Positions 1 through 7,552 of a DNA stretch of 52,065 bases are shown piece after piece. Numbering within the stretch: position 1 is the first letter of the stretch; each line of letters begins with the position of its first letter. The stretch is from a bacterium (lineage in GTDB: Bacteria; Patescibacteriota; Minisyncoccia; Moranbacterales; UBA2206). The notes below the pieces were generated by a model. The model saw only the letters and a program-made list of their open reading frames with translations, did not search any database and was not told the DNA's origin. Both the position numbers and the translations under genes were made by a program. The DNA is taken from NCBI GenBank assembly GCA_021788105.1, contig JAJYKZ010000004.1:1-52065 (forward strand), written 5' to 3'.

Positions 1-39
1 TCCGAAACCAAGGAGCAACTCCAGAAAAGGTTCAGCTGA
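1..39 (+). CDS. Possible 3' end of an upstream CDS (partial)
   Basis: Frame 1 reads SETKEQLQKRFS then TGA at 37-39; too short to identify. Confidence 0.3.
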   Translation, partial: SETKEQLQKRFS

Positions 40-140
40 GACTACTTTAGACTCAAGTGTCATGCCTCAACTGGATACCCTGCGCTCTTGGCGCAGGGTG
101 ATTCATTGAATCGGGAAAGCGCATCATTTGCAAAAACAAT

Positions 141-887
141 ATGGATAAAGGAATTATTTTAAAAATCTCCGGACTTGCCAAAAAATATGAAGCGGGAGCG
201 GCAGTGGATCGCATCTCTTTTGAAGTTGGAGCGGGAAAAATTATCGGATTGCTCGGTCCTAACGGCGCCGGAAAATCGACGACCATCAACATGATCTTGG
301 GAATCCTGGATCCAACTGAAGGAAAAATTGAAATTTTGGGAAAGGACATGAAAAAACAGCATTCAGAAATATTTAAGAGCGTCAATTTTTCAGCCGTGTA
401 CGCTCATGTTCCGGAAAACCTTACTGTTTGGCAGAATCTCTATGTTTTTGGATTGCTCTATGAAGTAAAAAATCTGAAAGAAAAAATCGTTTCTTTGGTG
501 AAAGAATTTGATTTGGAAAATTTTATGGACACCAGAGCCGGACTTCTTTCGTCGGGAGAAATCAGCCGGCTTAACCTGGCCAAGGCGGTGATGAATGATC
601 CGATGCTGCTTCTGCTGGATGAGCCGACCGCCTCACTTGATCCCAGCATTGCCGAAACCATCCGGGAAAAAATAAAAAATTATGTGCGAAAAAGCGGAGC
701 GGCCGTTCTTTGGACCTCTCACAATATGCGCGAGGTTGAGGATGTCTGCGACGAAGTGCTTTTCCTTTCGCGCGGAAAAATTCTTTTGTCCGGCAATCCC
801 AGAACTCTCGCGGCCAAGCACGGAAAAAATGATCTGGAAGAATTGTTCATATCGGTCGCGCGCGAACCACTAACTTTTGAACGTTAA
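141..887 (+). CDS. ABC transporter ATP-binding protein (ABC-2/drug-exporter type)
   Basis: Walker A GPNGAGKST, signature-like LSSGE, Walker B LLLLDEPT, H-loop TSH. Confidence 0.93.
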   Translation: MDKGIILKISGLAKKYEAGAAVDRISFEVGAGKIIGLLGPNGAGKSTTINMILGILDPTEGKIEILGKDMKKQHSEIFKSVNFSAVYAHVPENLTVWQNLYVFGLLYEVKNLKEKIVSLVKEFDLENFMDTRAGLLSSGEISRLNLAKAVMNDPMLLLLDEPTASLDPSIAETIREKIKNYVRKSGAAVLWTSHNMREVEDVCDEVLFLSRGKILLSGNPRTLAAKHGKNDLEELFISVAREPLTFER

Positions 888-891
888 ATTT

Positions 892-1701
892 ATGAGTTTT
901 TCCAGAATCTATTCAATTTTTGTCCGGCAATGGTTTTTATTCAGGAGCAATCCAGTCCGGCTGGTAAATATTTTTCTATGGATCTTTGTCGACATCATCC
1001 AGTGGGGATTTATCAGTAAATATTTGGGCACTTTCGGCGCGGCTACTTTTAGTTTTATTACGGTGATTTTAGGCGCGGTTATTTTATGGGAGTTCTTGAG
1101 CCGCATCCAGCAAGGGATAATGACCGCTTTTCTGGAAGATGTTTGGAGTCAGAACTTCATTAATTTTTTCGCCTCGCCATTGAAGGTGAATGAGTATTTG
1201 AGCGGACTGGTTTTGACCAGCATCGTGACTGGTTTAGTCGGATTTCTGACCATGATATTAATTGCCGGATTGGCTTTCGGATATAATTTTTTTAAGATCG
1301 GCTTGATGCTGTTTCCTTTTATTTTAATTCTTTTTATTTTTGGAATCGCAATGGGAATTTTAATCTCGGCCGTAATTTTCCGGCTTGGGCCGTCAGCCGA
1401 ATGGATTATTTGGCCGATTCCTGTCGTACTTTCCATTTTTTCCGGAGTCTTCTATCCGATTGCAACCTTGCCTGCCGGTCTCCGAATAATTTCCAAATTT
1501 ATTCCCGCTTCCTACGTTTTTGAAAGTTTGCGTTCCATAATTTCCAGAGGAAATTTTTCCGCACCGATCGGAATGAATCTTTTGATTGGCGCTGTTCTTT
1601 CGCTGATTTATTTTTTTGCAATGTACAAATTTTTTCTCAGGATTTATCGGCACAATTTGAAAACCGGGAAGCTGGCGCGGTTCAGCGCGGAGGGGGCATA
1701 A
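892..1701 (+). CDS. ABC-2 type transporter permease
   Basis: About six hydrophobic segments, FSGVFYPIATLP motif, directly follows the ATPase; ATG at 892 preferred over track start 877. Confidence 0.88.
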   Translation: MSFSRIYSIFVRQWFLFRSNPVRLVNIFLWIFVDIIQWGFISKYLGTFGAATFSFITVILGAVILWEFLSRIQQGIMTAFLEDVWSQNFINFFASPLKVNEYLSGLVLTSIVTGLVGFLTMILIAGLAFGYNFFKIGLMLFPFILILFIFGIAMGILISAVIFRLGPSAEWIIWPIPVVLSIFSGVFYPIATLPAGLRIISKFIPASYVFESLRSIISRGNFSAPIGMNLLIGAVLSLIYFFAMYKFFLRIYRHNLKTGKLARFSAEGA

Positions 1702-1718
1702 ATTTAATTTAAAAAAAT

Positions 1719-1892
1719 ATGAAATTGCTGATAATGATTTTCATGGTGATCGGATCTTCGATTGGAAGTTATCTTCCCGTGCTTTGGGGCGGAAATGTTT
1801 TCTCAATGCTATCTATTTTTCTCGGTGCTGCCGGCGGGTTTGCCGGAATCTGGGCCGGGTATAAACTGGCCGTCCAGCTCGGGCTTGGCTGA
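1719..1892 (+). CDS. Small membrane protein, 57 aa (below the ORF-track cutoff)
   Basis: ATG 1719 to TGA 1892: MKLLIMIFMVIGSSIGSYLPVLWGGNVFSMLSIFLGAAGGFAGIWAGYKLAVQLGLG; two Gly-rich TM segments; operonic position. Confidence 0.75.
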   Translation: MKLLIMIFMVIGSSIGSYLPVLWGGNVFSMLSIFLGAAGGFAGIWAGYKLAVQLGLG

Positions 1893-2144
1893 TGAAAAGA
1901 AAACTTCCGGGTAAAAAAGTCCTTGTGAGGATTTTTTTGTTTTTAGAATTAGAAAAGCTTCCGGTATGTATTAGTAAGACGGCCGAAATCGGTCGAATAT
2001 AAAATATAATGAGGGGGGAAAATTTTTCCGAGGTTTTGCCGGAAAACGGAATAATAAAAAAATACAAAAACCGGTTTGTGAATTTGGTTGAAAATAAGTA
2101 TAATAACAAAAAATAAAAAATAACAGTATTTAGAAAAATAAATT

Positions 2145-2936
2145 ATGGACGTAATTAAAGTTGAAAATCTGACCAAGAAATTCGACGACTTCGCGGCGGT
2201 CGACCACATCTCGTTTGACGTTGCGGAAGGGGAAATCTTTGCTTTTCTTGGTCCCAACGGCGCCGGAAAATCGACGACGATTAAAATGCTGACAACGCTT
2301 CTGGCGCCGTCGGAAGGTTCGATCGAGCTTAACGGATACAATCCGATCAATGATTCCAATGCGGTCCGCCGTTCGATCGGAATAATTTTTCAAGATCCCA
2401 GTCTTGATGACGAGCTGACGGCTTTTGAGAATATGGAATTTCACGGCGTGCTTTACGGCATACCGAAAAAAGTGCGGCGGGAAAGAATAAAACAATTGAT
2501 GGAATTTGTGGAATTGTGGGATCGCAAGAATAGCCTGGTCAAAGAATTTTCCGGCGGGATGAAGCGCCGGCTGGAAATCGCGCGCGGCCTTTTGCATCAT
2601 CCCAAAGTTTTATTCCTGGACGAACCGACTTTGGGATTGGATCCGCAGACAAGAAATCATATGTGGAGCTATTTGCAGGAATTGAACAAAGCCAAAAGGA
2701 CAACGGTATTTTTCACGACTCATTATATGGAAGAAGCTGACCGGGTGGCGAAACGCATCGCGATTATTGATCATGGAAAAATCATTGCTTCCGGTTCGTC
2801 GGCGGAATTGAAGGCGCAAACCAAAACGGAATCGTTGGAAGACGCTTTTCTGGCGCTGACCGGAAAAGTTATCCGCGAAGAAGAAGGATCAAATCTTGAT
2901 CGCATGCGCATGTTTCGAAAGGCAAGGGGAAAATAA
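2145..2936 (+). CDS. ABC transporter ATP-binding protein (DrrA-like)
   Basis: GPNGAGKST, FSGGMKRRLEIARGL, LFLDEPTLGLDPQTR, TTHYMEEA. Confidence 0.95.
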   Translation: MDVIKVENLTKKFDDFAAVDHISFDVAEGEIFAFLGPNGAGKSTTIKMLTTLLAPSEGSIELNGYNPINDSNAVRRSIGIIFQDPSLDDELTAFENMEFHGVLYGIPKKVRRERIKQLMEFVELWDRKNSLVKEFSGGMKRRLEIARGLLHHPKVLFLDEPTLGLDPQTRNHMWSYLQELNKAKRTTVFFTTHYMEEADRVAKRIAIIDHGKIIASGSSAELKAQTKTESLEDAFLALTGKVIREEEGSNLDRMRMFRKARGK

Positions 2937-2954
2937 AAATATTGTAAAAAAATT

Positions 2955-3701
2955 ATGAAAACAATTTATATTTTATGGCTTCGGCAATTGAAGCGCTACA
3001 TTCGATCAAAATCCAGAATTGTCGGTTCTTTGGCCCAGCCGCTGCTTTTCTTGCTGGCGCTGGGTTACGGACTGGGTCCGGTTTTTCAGAAAGCGGGGCA
3101 GGGAAATTATATTGAATTTTTGGCGCCCGGCATCATCGGGATGAGCATAATTTTCACTTCCATATTTTACGGCCTGGAAATAATTTGGGATCGCCAGTTT
3201 GGATTTTTAAAAGAAACCTTGGTGGCGCCGGTTTCGCGTTTCAATATTATGATCGGCCGGACGCTGGGCGGCGCGACTGTCGCGACTGTTCAGGGGGTTA
3301 TTGTTTTTTTCATTTCGATGCTGATCGGCTTCCGGCCAGTGAGTTTTGTAATGATTCCTTTCGCAGTTCTGTTTATGCTCTTGGTGGCGATTCTTTTTTC
3401 GGCAATCGGCATCACAATTGCGTCACTTCTGGACGATATGCAAGGTTTCCAGTTGATTATGAATTTTCTGGTTATGCCGCTTTTCTTTTTGTCGGGAGCG
3501 ATATTCCCGCTGCAAAACGTTCCAGGTGTGATTGAAAAGATCGCTATGTTCGATCCGCTTTCCTATGGCATTGACGCTTTCCGGCAATTGCTGGTCAGCA
3601 TTTCTCATTTCGGCTTGATGACCGACCTGGTCGTTCTTGCCGCGGTAACTTTATTTTTCTTGTCGCTGGGCAGCTACTTTTTTTCCAAGGTGCAGATATA
3701 A
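2955..3701 (+). CDS. ABC-2 type permease (DrrB-like)
   Basis: WDRQFGFLKETLVAPVSR and FFLSGAIFPL motifs; multi-TM. Confidence 0.92.
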   Translation: MKTIYILWLRQLKRYIRSKSRIVGSLAQPLLFLLALGYGLGPVFQKAGQGNYIEFLAPGIIGMSIIFTSIFYGLEIIWDRQFGFLKETLVAPVSRFNIMIGRTLGGATVATVQGVIVFFISMLIGFRPVSFVMIPFAVLFMLLVAILFSAIGITIASLLDDMQGFQLIMNFLVMPLFFLSGAIFPLQNVPGVIEKIAMFDPLSYGIDAFRQLLVSISHFGLMTDLVVLAAVTLFFLSLGSYFFSKVQI

Positions 3702-3738
3702 AAATTACTTTATTAAAGCCAAAAACTGCACTTTGCAT

Positions 3739-3767
3739 TTGACAAAATGCGGTTTTAGGTGTATGGT
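3739..3767 (+). promoter_or_regulatory. Sigma70-type promoter of the DGR target gene
   Basis: TTGACA (3739-3744), 17-nt spacer, TATGGT (3762-3767); overlapped by an imperfect inverted repeat 3722-3756. Confidence 0.65.
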
Positions 3768-3814
3768 GATATTTCAGTTTAGGAACCTAGGGAAAGCTTT
3801 TTTGGTTTATATAA

Positions 3815-3867
3815 TTCATAGCAGTTTTTAGGAAATTTGAAAAAAATTTCTTGGAAGCTGCTATGAA
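3815..3867 (+). other. 24-bp RNA hairpin in the 5' leader of the DGR target gene
   Basis: TTCATAGCAGTTTTTAGGAAATTT (3815-3838), GAAAA loop, AAATTTCTTGGAAGCTGCTATGAA (3844-3867); the four non-WC positions are all G-U on the + strand. Confidence 0.8.
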
Positions 3868-3885
3868 GCGGCATACAAAATTTTT

Positions 3886-3891
3886 AGGAGG
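3886..3891 (+). promoter_or_regulatory. Shine-Dalgarno site of the DGR target gene
   Basis: AGGAGG 6 nt upstream of ATG 3898. Confidence 0.8.
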
Positions 3892-3897
3892 TTCGTC

Positions 3898-4593
3898 ATG
3901 GCTACTAAAGTCACAGGCGATCAGTATTATGATCTTGATGGTCAATTGGCCGAGATCAAAAGGCAGTTGAGGCAACAGGGCGGTTATCCTTACGATCCCG
4001 AGAAGCTGAAAAAATGTCTCCAGGATGCAATCGAGGGTAGGTTCGAGAGGGTTGTATTTATGGACAGGCCTAAAACCATCCCGACCAAACCCTTTGACTC
4101 CGCCGTTTTCTTGGGCGAAGGTTGGGCGACCTGGAAAGGTTCGCCCGATGGCGACGGACTTTCAGGAGAGGAAGATGTTGATCCTCGCGGAATCGCTTTG
4201 GCTGAGATTAATATCTCAAAGCTCGTATTTGAGACAAATCTCAAAAAAGGAGAAAAGTCTATCAAGGGCGAAGAAAAACTTCGCCGTCAAAAAGAGATGA
4301 CAGGTCTCATCCGTCACGGAGGCAATACTTTCCTTGGCCTGTGGGAAGACTACCAGGCCAATAAGGAAAACAGCATAATCGAATGGCTGTATCGGACCTA
4401 CAAAATTACTTTCCTTGATTTCATGGGCCAGGTACTTCGCGGCCCGTACGGTGACCGCAGCGTGCTTTGCCTCTACCGGCGCAGCGGTGGCGAGGGGCGC
4501 TGGGACTTCCACTGGCTCGACAACGACTGGTCTGCCGGCAATTCCTCTGCTTGCGAGCAAGTCAGCGCTCAGGACTCGGAAACTCAGGCCTAG
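3898..4593 (+). CDS. DGR target (variable) protein, 231 aa, with C-terminal VR
   Basis: C-terminus [42 protein letters not shown] is the diversified copy of the TR-encoded [42 protein letters not shown]; no signal peptide or TM seen; CLec-like fold is inferred from DGR precedent. Confidence 0.92.
   Translation: MATKVTGDQYYDLDGQLAEIKRQLRQQGGYPYDPEKLKKCLQDAIEGRFERVVFMDRPKTIPTKPFDSAVFLGEGWATWKGSPDGDGLSGEEDVDPRGIALAEINISKLVFETNLKKGEKSIKGEEKLRRQKEMTGLIRHGGNTFLGLWEDYQANKENSIIEWLYRTYKITFLDFMGQVLRGPYGDRSVLCLYRRSGGEGRWDFHWLDNDWSAGNSSACEQVSAQDSETQA
4435..4560 (+). repeat. DGR variable repeat (VR)
   Basis: Ungapped 126-bp alignment to 4900-5025 (offset 465): 21 mismatches, 20 opposite TR adenines. Confidence 0.96.
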
Positions 4594-4627
4594 CCCTCAG
4601 AAAATTAGTCCTAAAGCATCAAAAAAT

Positions 4628-4658
4628 GAGCCTCGTGTTGAATTCTCGCACGAGGCTC
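4628..4658 (+). other. Inverted repeat downstream of VR (candidate DGR homing hairpin/cruciform, or terminator)
   Basis: Perfect 10-bp stem GAGCCTCGTG (4628-4637) / CACGAGGCTC (4649-4658), 11-nt loop, 35 nt after the target stop. Confidence 0.75.
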
Positions 4659-4899
4659 TTAAATTTGGTAAAATAAAAACGGTAGTAGGGAAGTATGCAA
4701 GCGATTAAGGTTTCTTGCTTCCGAATCCAGTATCCATGCGTCGGGATTGTCCGCGATCACGGTTTCGGGCAGAGTGGCGCATGCAGAAACTTCAAAAAAA
4801 TGAAGATACTTGGTGCAATATGCTAGGTGATTTTAGATCACGAATTCGATTCAGCCCAAAGAGTATTCGATGGGCAGTGGCAAGGAAGGCGTTTCGCAC

Positions 4900-5025
4900 A
4901 TTCGCAACCCGAACGGTAACCGCAACGTGCTTTACCTCAACCGGAACAGCGATGGCAAGTGGAACTGGAACTACAACTGGCTCGACAACGACTGGAATGC
5001 CGGCAATTCCTCTGCTTGCGAGAAA
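4900..5025 (+). repeat. DGR template repeat (TR)
   Basis: Adenine-bearing copy of VR; 10 AAC and 2 AAT codons in the VR frame; 37 adenines in total. Confidence 0.96.
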
Positions 5026-5045
5026 TTCTCTTCATTTCTCTTCCT

Positions 5046-5457
5046 CTATTTTTTATCGGGAGAGTTTTTCTTTGCAAGACTGCCGCTCCAGCCGCCTAAA
5101 TCTTTGCCAATGTCATTCAGCTTGTTGGAAAGCTGGATATATTTATAATCATCCAACGATTTTGTTTCCCAAAGAATATTAAGGAAAATTTTTAAAACAT
5201 CCGATTTTCTAATCGCCAATCTGACATATGGTTTTTTTTCTTCCGGTTTCAAAAAAGCGGCAATAGCGATTGATTCGATAATTTCCGTAAAGTATTTATC
5301 AACTTTCTGCCCAAGCGTATACCTGTGAGTGGTCGGTAAAATCCGGTAATATTCATACCAAACCAAATAAAGCGATTTTACTTTTTCAAATACCGCCGGA
5401 AGCCTGGGGGGGGGGCGTTAAAAGTTGCGAATCTTTATGAAAATTCAATTGACTCAT
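5046..5457 (-). CDS. avd: Avd-like accessory variability determinant (four-helix bundle), frameshifted at a C10 tract as sequenced
   Basis: HRYTLGQKVD, KPYVRLAIRKSDVLKIFL and IGKDLGGW are typical of Avd/four-helix-bundle proteins. The frame stays open upstream of TTG 5366 (RLPAVFEKVKSLYL) to the homopolymer. ATG 5457 joins this frame if one C is removed (136 aa); otherwise only a TTG-started 106-aa form exists. Confidence 0.82.
5406..5415. repeat. G10 homopolymer (C10 on the avd strand)
   Basis: AGCCT-GGGGGGGGGG-CGTTA; the only long G/C run I noticed in the window. Confidence 0.9.
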
Positions 5458-6429
5458 ACTTTTGAAGAAATTATCAGTTTAGAAAATTTATTGAAAGCTT
5501 GGAAAGAATTCGTTCGCGGCAAACGGAACAAAAAAGATGTCCAGATTTTTCAAATGCGTCTGATGGACAATATTTTGGCTTTGCACCCTGACTTAGTCAA
5601 TCATACCTACAAACACGGCGGCTATCAAGCATTCAAAATCAATGATCCGAAACCAAGAGATATTCACAAAGCTATGGTTCGTGATCGACTTCTCCATCAT
5701 GCCATTTATCGAATTTTATATCCGTTTTTTGAAAAAACTTTCATTGCCGATTCTTTTTCCTGCCGTCTGGACAAAGGCACGCATAAATCCATCAACAGAT
5801 TCTGTAAATTTTCCCGCATCGTCGGCAAAAACAATACGCGAACCTGCTGGATTTTGAAATGCGATATCAGAAAATTCTTCGCCAATATCGATCATGCCGT
5901 CCTGCTTGAATTTTTGCGGGAATACATTCCCGACAAAGATATACTGTGGCTTCTTGGAGAGGTCGTAAACAGTTTCAATACCAAAGGAAAAACTGATGCC
6001 GGCCTGCCATTGGGTAACCTCACTTCGCAATTGTTCGTCAACGTCTATATGAACAAATTCGACCAGTTTGTGAAACACAAGTTAAAAGCTAGATACTATA
6101 TCCGCTACGCGGACGATTTCGTAATATTTTCAGAAAGCAAAGATTATTTGGCAAATTGTATCCCCAAAATATCCGAATTTCTGCAAAAAGAATTGAAGCT
6201 TAAATTGCATCCAGACAAAGTTTTCATAAAAACTTTGGCATCAGGCGTAGATTTTCTTGGCTGGATAAGTTTTCCTGATCATCGGGTACTGCGGACAACG
6301 ACGAAAAGGCGGATGCTGAAAAGGATAAAAAATAATCCAGCGAGGGAAACTCTGGATTCGTATCTAGGAATGTTGGGTCATGGGAATACGGAGAAATTGA
6401 GAATACATATAGAAAATAAAAATTTCTAA
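5437..6429 (+). CDS. DGR-type reverse transcriptase
   Basis: RDRLLHHAI, LKCDIRKFFANIDH, GLPLGNLTSQLF (DGR-type SQ), YIRYADDFV, GVDFLGW; about 330 aa with no maturase or endonuclease extension; ATG 5437 (alternative TTG 5425). Confidence 0.96.
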   Translation: MKIQLTHTFEEIISLENLLKAWKEFVRGKRNKKDVQIFQMRLMDNILALHPDLVNHTYKHGGYQAFKINDPKPRDIHKAMVRDRLLHHAIYRILYPFFEKTFIADSFSCRLDKGTHKSINRFCKFSRIVGKNNTRTCWILKCDIRKFFANIDHAVLLEFLREYIPDKDILWLLGEVVNSFNTKGKTDAGLPLGNLTSQLFVNVYMNKFDQFVKHKLKARYYIRYADDFVIFSESKDYLANCIPKISEFLQKELKLKLHPDKVFIKTLASGVDFLGWISFPDHRVLRTTTKRRMLKRIKNNPARETLDSYLGMLGHGNTEKLRIHIENKNF

Positions 6430-6502
6430 AATAGATATGTGGTAAATTTGTTGCATATGCCAAAAAATAACACGCTTGATTTAGCAGATACATTCAAATT
6501 AT

Positions 6503-6901
6503 TTATTTTTTCTTCCGGCACCGGTCGCACTGGCAGCCTTTCGGCCCGATGAATTCGTCAAAATATTCTTTGCCGTAATCATAAGTCAACTCTTCGCCGG
6601 AACTGATGTTTTTGATGGTGTAAATCATTATTTTCCGTCCGTCAATTTCCGGCTCGCAGTTCGGCCGGCAGGAATGATTGATGTAGCGGGCGATATTTTT
6701 CCGGCCGGTTCCGTCGACGGTCCAACGGGAATTGACGGTAAAAAGATAGCGGCCGCCCCGCTCGTTGGCTTCCTTGTTAGAGATAAGTTCGCCGGAGTAT
6801 TCGGCAACAAACTCTTTTTTGCGAAAATTCTTTGCGGCGAAAAGTCCCAAACCGGTGCGGGATTTTTTAATCTGGAAAAATTTTGCTTGCGTGTCTTTCA
6901 T
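6503..6901 (-). CDS. SET-domain protein-lysine methyltransferase with post-SET cysteines
   Basis: GLGLFA, EYSGELI, ARYINHSCRPNC, GEELTYDYG, CQCDRC. Confidence 0.93.
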   Translation of the reverse strand: MKDTQAKFFQIKKSRTGLGLFAAKNFRKKEFVAEYSGELISNKEANERGGRYLFTVNSRWTVDGTGRKNIARYINHSCRPNCEPEIDGRKIMIYTIKNISSGEELTYDYGKEYFDEFIGPKGCQCDRCRKKK

Positions 6902-6937
6902 TTATTGATAAAGGATAATAAAATTAAAACTATTTTT

Positions 6938-7552
6938 TTATTGCAACGGAACAAAAACAAAGCCGGGAAATTCTTCCCGGATTATTTTTCCGCTTGTTTC
7001 TTTGCGAATGCGAAAAATGGAATTTCCGATCGGAATGACCATTATACCACCGATCGCCAGTTGGTCAACCAACTCTTGAGGCAGTTCCCGCCCGGTGGCA
7101 GAAACCAGAATGCGGTCGTAAGGGGCTTCTTTGGTATAGCCCAAGACTTTTCCGGCGGAAATAATTTCAGCTTGGGGAAAATTAAATTTCGCCAAATTTT
7201 TTTGGCCGAAAGAAACAAGTTCCGGAATTATTTCCACGCCGATAACTTTACCTTTTGGGCCGGCGACATGGGCGAGAAGCGCAGTGGTCCAGCCGGAGCC
7301 GGATCCGACATCCAGAATTTTTTGGCCGGCTCTCGGCTGGAGCCATTCCAGCATCAAAGCCACTGTGGTTGGTTGGGAAATCGTTTGGCCATAGCCGATC
7401 GGAAGAGGATAATCGCCGTAAGCTTCCAGTCGGTGTTCGGGCAGGACAAAATATTTCCGATCGGTCGATCGGAAAGCTTCGATAATTTCCGGAGTGCCCA
7501 GAGCTTTTTCTTCGATCAGATTGGAAATTAATTGTTCCGGCGCAACGTTCAT
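6938..7552 (-). CDS. pcm: Protein-L-isoaspartate O-methyltransferase
   Basis: AYGDYPLPIGYGQTISQP, ILDVGSGSGWTTALLA, APYDRILVSA, LVDQLAIGGIMVIPIG. Confidence 0.95.
   Translation of the reverse strand: MNVAPEQLISNLIEEKALGTPEIIEAFRSTDRKYFVLPEHRLEAYGDYPLPIGYGQTISQPTTVALMLEWLQPRAGQKILDVGSGSGWTTALLAHVAGPKGKVIGVEIIPELVSFGQKNLAKFNFPQAEIISAGKVLGYTKEAPYDRILVSATGRELPQELVDQLAIGGIMVIPIGNSIFRIRKETSGKIIREEFPGFVFVPLQ

Larger units (their letters stand above)
3898..6429. mobile_element. Diversity-generating retroelement cassette: target(VR)-hairpin-TR-avd(antisense)-RT
   Basis: VR/TR pair with adenine-specific mismatches, Avd-like gene and DGR-type RT within 2.5 kb. Confidence 0.96.

Noticed and set aside
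77-99. GC-rich hairpin ACCCTGCGC-TCTTG-GCGCAGGGT
   Set aside because: No U-tract and no second copy noticed; cannot tell terminator from REP, so not called
4870-5148. 92-aa + strand ORF running through TR (MGSGKEG...RNPNGNRN...)
   Set aside because: TR is open in the VR frame by construction; the ORF's tail is antisense to avd and there is no independent coding evidence
4715-5182. 155-aa + strand ORF spanning the TR leader and TR
   Set aside because: Alternative frame with no recognisable motifs; overlaps TR and avd
5437-6429. RT as a group II intron, retron or CRISPR-associated RT
   Set aside because: No maturase/endonuclease domain, no retron VTG motif, no cas genes; the GNLTSQ motif with adjacent TR/VR and Avd indicates a DGR
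6674-7531. 285-aa + strand ORF
   Set aside because: Antisense to the well-supported SET and pcm genes; no motifs
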